Positions 59,944 through 64,000 of a stretch of 64,000 bases of DNA are shown here, piece by piece (position 1 is the first letter of the stretch; each line of letters begins with the position of its first letter). The DNA is from Acidimicrobiales bacterium (GTDB lineage: Bacteria; Actinomycetota; Acidimicrobiia; Acidimicrobiales; SZUA-35): positions 1,061,516-1,125,515 of the forward strand of contig CBDCGK010000004.1 in NCBI GenBank assembly GCA_965216675.1, in the 5' to 3' direction. Under the pieces are notes generated by a model, which was given only the letters and a program-made list of their open reading frames with translations, ran no database searches and was not told the origin of the DNA. Both the position numbers and the translations under genes were made by a program.

Positions 59944-60857
59944 GCCTTCAGTATGCCCGGGCGTTCACCGACCACGGCCTCGGCCCGTCGAGCAGCCGCA
60001 TTCACCAGCAGGTAGACGCCGGCCACGACCAAGACACCGCCGATCAGCTCGACGATGCCCAGCCGCTCCGAGCGGATCAGCCAGCCGAAGAGTACGCCGA
60101 ACACCGGAATCAGATAGGCCGATGCTGCGGCCTGGGTCGGCGTGGCCCGTCGAACAACGGTGGCCAGAAGCGAGAAGCTGACGGCGTTGGCCGGGATGGC
60201 CGAATACAGGAGCGGGACGAGCAAGCCGATCGACCAGTCGGTGTCGGCCGTGCCCTCGACCGTCAGCGCGAACGGGATCAACACGACGGCCGACATGATC
60301 AACTGCACACCGACCAGCATGATCGGGCTGACCCGACTGAAATCCTTCCACTTCATGAACACGGTGCCGAACGCCCAGGCGATGGCGGAGAGCACCAGTG
60401 AGCCGATGCCGATGGCGGCCGCCTCGCCTTCGAGCGACGGCAGGGCCAGCACCACCGTCCCGGCGAAGCCGACCAGCAAGCCGACTCGCCCCATCGCCGA
60501 GACGGCGGTTCCCAGCAGAAGCAACGACAGCACGGCGGTGAACAACGGCATCGTGCTCGACACCAGCGAGGCCACGCCGGCCGGCACCCGGTTGACCCCG
60601 TACACGAGCAGCCCACTCGACAGCGTCGTGATGCTGAACGACACCACGAAGATCCGACCCAGGTCGTCGAGCCTCCTTGGTAGTCGTTCGCCCCGATATC
60701 TCGCGAAGGCCAGCAGCGCCGAGCCGCCGATCACCGTGCGCATCCCGGCCAGCAGGAACGGTGTCGTGTGGTCGAGTGCGAACTTGAGCGACGTGAAGTT
60801 GCCGCCGATCAGCATCGCCACCAACACGATGGTGGCCAGCACGACACGAGAACTCAT
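59940..60857 (-). CDS. DMT/EamA family transporter
   Basis: About ten TM segments in two EamA-like repeats. Confidence 0.88.
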   Translation of the reverse strand: MSSRVVLATIVLVAMLIGGNFTSLKFALDHTTPFLLAGMRTVIGGSALLAFARYRGERLPRRLDDLGRIFVVSFSITTLSSGLLVYGVNRVPAGVASLVSSTMPLFTAVLSLLLLGTAVSAMGRVGLLVGFAGTVVLALPSLEGEAAAIGIGSLVLSAIAWAFGTVFMKWKDFSRVSPIMLVGVQLIMSAVVLIPFALTVEGTADTDWSIGLLVPLLYSAIPANAVSFSLLATVVRRATPTQAAASAYLIPVFGVLFGWLIRSERLGIVELIGGVLVVAGVYLLVNAAARRAEAVVGERPGILKA

Positions 60858-60927
60858 CCGACGGCAGTGTTCTTCCGGGTATCGGGATGGGGCACAGCTC
60901 CAGGTTTCACGCTCGGAACGACCGACG

Positions 60928-62817
60928 TCAAAGCGGGCGCCGATCTTCGTCAACCGTGCCGTCTGCGAGGTCGTCAGCCTCACCCGATCGGTCGAGAAGC
61001 CCGATTCGATAACCGAGACGCAACAACCCGACGCCGACGACGGCGAAGAGCAACGCCCGCCAGATCGTGTCGACCTCGGCCAGATCGACGGTGATCAGCT
61101 TGACCACAGTGGCCGCCAGGGTGGCCAGGCCAACGGCTTTCACTTGATTCAGGCCGGGATCCCGACGCGACGGCCACCACCGACGATCGAATCGGACGAG
61201 GCCGAGACCCACCACGACCAGCGCGACCCCGAGTGCCGTCCAGGTGATCGAGACCAGCATCTGTCCCTGAGGAATCGGACGCAGGACCGCCATCACCCAG
61301 GCCAGGAGCCCGACCCAGGCGGCCACGGCCATCAGCCCGGCCAGACCGACAGCACGTTTCCGCAGCAACCACGCTGCGACCCAGGCCGCCAGCAGTACGC
61401 CAAGGTGGACGACGCCGTCGGCCGGCTCCAGGCCGTCTTCGATCCCCTCGACCAACGCAGTGGCCGTCCACAGTGCGACGGTTGCTCCCAGTAGAGCGGC
61501 GTTGATGTCGAGCAGCAGGTCCTCGGTGCGGCTGATCAACGCCGTGGTACCGAGAGCCTGCACAGCGAGCACGGCCAACAGCGCCGGCCCGTCGAACCAC
61601 AAGGCGAGGGCGATCGTGACCAACGAGCTGACGCCGACGAGGTGCCCGAGCAGCAACTGCCGGGCCAGAGGGCCGGGTGGCCGGGCGGCGACACCGGAAC
61701 CACCAACGTGGATCGAGGCGGTCACGGCCCCGAATCCGGCGGCCACGATGATCGCCATCAGCGCCCGTCCGTCGTCGGTGGTCGTCCACAGCCCGGACGA
61801 CGACAGCCAGACGAGAGCCGGGACGACGAACACCAGGCGATGGTCGAGTGCTCGCAACGACTCGACGGCGGGCCGTATCCACGGTGCCAGCCACCACGCC
61901 AGGCCGGCGATCACGATCATCGCCTGTATGGCCAGCGCAACCCCGCCGGTCACGTCGACGAACTCCTGGGTGAGCACCACCATGAACGGGCCGATGGAAA
62001 CCAGCCCGAGGAGCCGCGGGATCACCCAGTCGTACCGGATCGCCAGAGCCATGGTGACGGCAACCAGAAACAGCAGCCACCCACCCGTGGCCAGGTCACC
62101 GAACTCCTCGTAGGCGCCGATCACGCCCGGAGCCACCAGGGCCACGGCCAGGCCGCTGATGGCGAGGCTGTCGTGCCGGTACCGGTCGGCCAGCGCCAAG
62201 GCCAGACTCAGAACCACCACGATCAGGGCCGACGCCACGCCGACCGGCACCAGGTCGAGCCAGGCGTGAGCGGCACCCGCACACACCCCGAGAACGACAA
62301 GCCCGACGTTCATCAAGGCCAACGACCACGGGCGCCGATCGCCGCCCCAGCGTCGATCGAGGTGGATGCCGGTACCGATCAGCGCCGCACCGCCCAGGGT
62401 GGCCAGACCGAGTTGGACCTCCGGTCCGACCCAGCCGCGGCTGACGGCAGTGCTGACGAGAAAGACGGCGGCGAAAAAGACCAGGACGACGCCCGCCCAT
62501 CGCAACGCCATCTCCGCGGTGATGAGTGGGGTCGGCGGACGGGCGGTCGCCGTCCGCCTATTGTCGGAGGCGAACGTCGGCGGTGGTGGCGGCTGATGCT
62601 CGAAAAGGTCCTCGGGCGGTGCGGGCATGGTGATCGGGACCGCGTCAGGTGCCGGCGGCGGCAATACGATCCTTGGAGCCGACGGCGCAGGCGGCGCAGG
62701 CGGCGCCGACAGTGCGGAGATGGCCTGCTCCATGGCGTCCAGGCGTTCCTCGATTCTCGTCACCCGATCGGACAGGTCGGAATCGCCCTCACCGGGCCGG
62801 TTGGTGTCAGAGGCCAT
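60928..62817 (-). CDS. DUF2339 family multi-pass membrane protein
   Basis: Coiled-coil and Pro-rich N-terminus, E..LRWAG, GWVGPE, KLITVDL..IWRALLF. Confidence 0.85.
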   Translation of the reverse strand: MASDTNRPGEGDSDLSDRVTRIEERLDAMEQAISALSAPPAPPAPSAPRIVLPPPAPDAVPITMPAPPEDLFEHQPPPPPTFASDNRRTATARPPTPLITAEMALRWAGVVLVFFAAVFLVSTAVSRGWVGPEVQLGLATLGGAALIGTGIHLDRRWGGDRRPWSLALMNVGLVVLGVCAGAAHAWLDLVPVGVASALIVVVLSLALALADRYRHDSLAISGLAVALVAPGVIGAYEEFGDLATGGWLLFLVAVTMALAIRYDWVIPRLLGLVSIGPFMVVLTQEFVDVTGGVALAIQAMIVIAGLAWWLAPWIRPAVESLRALDHRLVFVVPALVWLSSSGLWTTTDDGRALMAIIVAAGFGAVTASIHVGGSGVAARPPGPLARQLLLGHLVGVSSLVTIALALWFDGPALLAVLAVQALGTTALISRTEDLLLDINAALLGATVALWTATALVEGIEDGLEPADGVVHLGVLLAAWVAAWLLRKRAVGLAGLMAVAAWVGLLAWVMAVLRPIPQGQMLVSITWTALGVALVVVGLGLVRFDRRWWPSRRDPGLNQVKAVGLATLAATVVKLITVDLAEVDTIWRALLFAVVGVGLLRLGYRIGLLDRSGEADDLADGTVDEDRRPL

Positions 62818-62850
62818 GGTTCACCATGTCCCATCTGCGCCGCGGCTCCC

Positions 62851-62883
62851 ATCCGGACAATCCCCCATTGTCGGCTGGGGATG
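62851..62883 (-). promoter_or_regulatory. shared regulatory motif, copy 2
   Basis: 27/33 identical to 54789-54821; 34 nt upstream of the start codon. Confidence 0.7.
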
Positions 62884-62904
62884 TCCGAAGCCGTTTCATA
62901 TCGT

Positions 62905-63735
62905 CTAGGACCGATATCCCCGACGGGCGTCGAGCGGATGAGGCAGCGGTCCCCGACCCACGCCGCCGGTGTTGTCCCATTGCAGCGGATCGTCGGACCG
63001 GTTGATCCGGCGGCTCCCATAATCGGTGGTGCGGACGACGAGGCCGATGAAGGCACCGAACACGAACCCTCCCACGTGAGCCACCCAGGCCACACCACTG
63101 TCGCTGCCGGTGAAGAACTGGGTCACGAACCAGATGCCGAGGAACCACTTGGCACTGATGTCACGCAGAAAGAAGAACACGATGGTACGGATCGGGGCGT
63201 TGGGGAACCAGACCAGGTAGGCGCCCATGATCGCGGCGATGGCCCCGGATGCCCCGACGACCGGCACGGTGCTCGCCGGCTGGGCGAAGAAGTGGGCGGC
63301 GGTGGCGACGAACCCGCCTACCAGGTAGAACAGCAGGTACCGGACATGCCCCAGCCGATCCTCGATGTTGTTGCCGAAGATCCACAGCGACCACATGTTG
63401 CCGAGAAGGTGCAGGATGCTGCCGTGGAGGAACATCGACGTCAGCCCTCCGAGGTACACGTTCTTGTCCGGGTACAGCGGGCCGGTGGCGTCGTTCTCGA
63501 CACACGCGTTGAAGTCGCCGCCCTCGAAGGTGGCCCCGATCTCCTCGGTGCTCAACGGATCACCGGTGCGGATCTCACACGGTATGGCGGCGTATTCGAG
63601 GTTGAATTCGAGCGCCTGCTGCTCGTCGGCAACGCCCTCCTGGGGCCCGAAGTAGATCAGGGTGCAGGCGGCGATGATGAGAAACGTGATGAACGGCGTG
63701 ATGCTGATCGGGTTCTCATCTTTGAGTGGTAACAC
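62905..63735 (-). CDS. rhomboid intramembrane serine protease
   Basis: SMFLHG..HLLGNM, GNNIED, GASGAI, AHVGGF. Confidence 0.94.
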   Translation of the reverse strand: MLPLKDENPISITPFITFLIIAACTLIYFGPQEGVADEQQALEFNLEYAAIPCEIRTGDPLSTEEIGATFEGGDFNACVENDATGPLYPDKNVYLGGLTSMFLHGSILHLLGNMWSLWIFGNNIEDRLGHVRYLLFYLVGGFVATAAHFFAQPASTVPVVGASGAIAAIMGAYLVWFPNAPIRTIVFFFLRDISAKWFLGIWFVTQFFTGSDSGVAWVAHVGGFVFGAFIGLVVRTTDYGSRRINRSDDPLQWDNTGGVGRGPLPHPLDARRGYRS

Positions 63736-63756
63736 TGCGTGGCTCCCGCCAACCGG

Positions 63757-64000
63757 TCAGGAGTCGGTGACGCAGCCGTGGCTGGCGTCTTCCACGTTCT
63801 TGATGTACTTCCAGAGGGTGCCGCTGGTGGCCTTGAACGGTGGTGCCGTCCAGGCCTCGGCCCGGGCCGCCAACTCGGCGGGGTCGACATCGACGTCGAT
63901 CGTGTGACCCTCGTCGTCGATGGTTATCGTGTCGCCGTCGGTGACGAGGGCGATCGGACCGCCCTCCTGGGCTTCGGGCACGACGTGGCCGATGATGAAC
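63757..64000 (-). CDS. ilvD: dihydroxy-acid dehydratase, C-terminal part (truncated by window)
   Basis: [21 protein letters not shown]...[14 protein letters not shown]. Confidence 0.93.
   Translation of the reverse strand, partial: FIIGHVVPEAQEGGPIALVTDGDTITIDDEGHTIDVDVDPAELAARAEAWTAPPFKATSGTLWKYIKNVEDASHGCVTDS

Overview
High-GC actinobacterial chromosome segment. The mycothiol enzymes, leaderless promoters and gene order suggest class Acidimicrobiia (inferred, not verified). About 60 CDS can be supported; no rRNA, tRNA, CRISPR array, transposase or prophage is visible. The backbone is housekeeping: gltX, cimA-leuB, greA-leuCD, ilvBNC with a leader-peptide attenuator, partial ilvD, hpt, cyclophilin, msrB, glpD and mscR. 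Most notable: (1) a polyhydroxyalkanoate locus (TetR, class II-like phaC, phaZ) beside a small phasin-like protein and a homolog of the Rv0474/MLDSR lipid-droplet regulator; (2) an intact 589-aa fusion of an ABC ATPase domain and a Ser/Thr kinase domain in which both sets of catalytic motifs are degenerate; (3) a family-A DNA polymerase with no 5' nuclease, a QASLF clamp-binding-like motif and two long fingers insertions; (4) a MarR-kynA-ALDH-DapA-like-nadX operon of unknown pathway; (5) a 33-bp motif shared at the same position upstream of two membrane-protein genes; (6) a ~170-bp palindromic MITE-like element. All calls rest on motif recognition by eye; no database searches were run.
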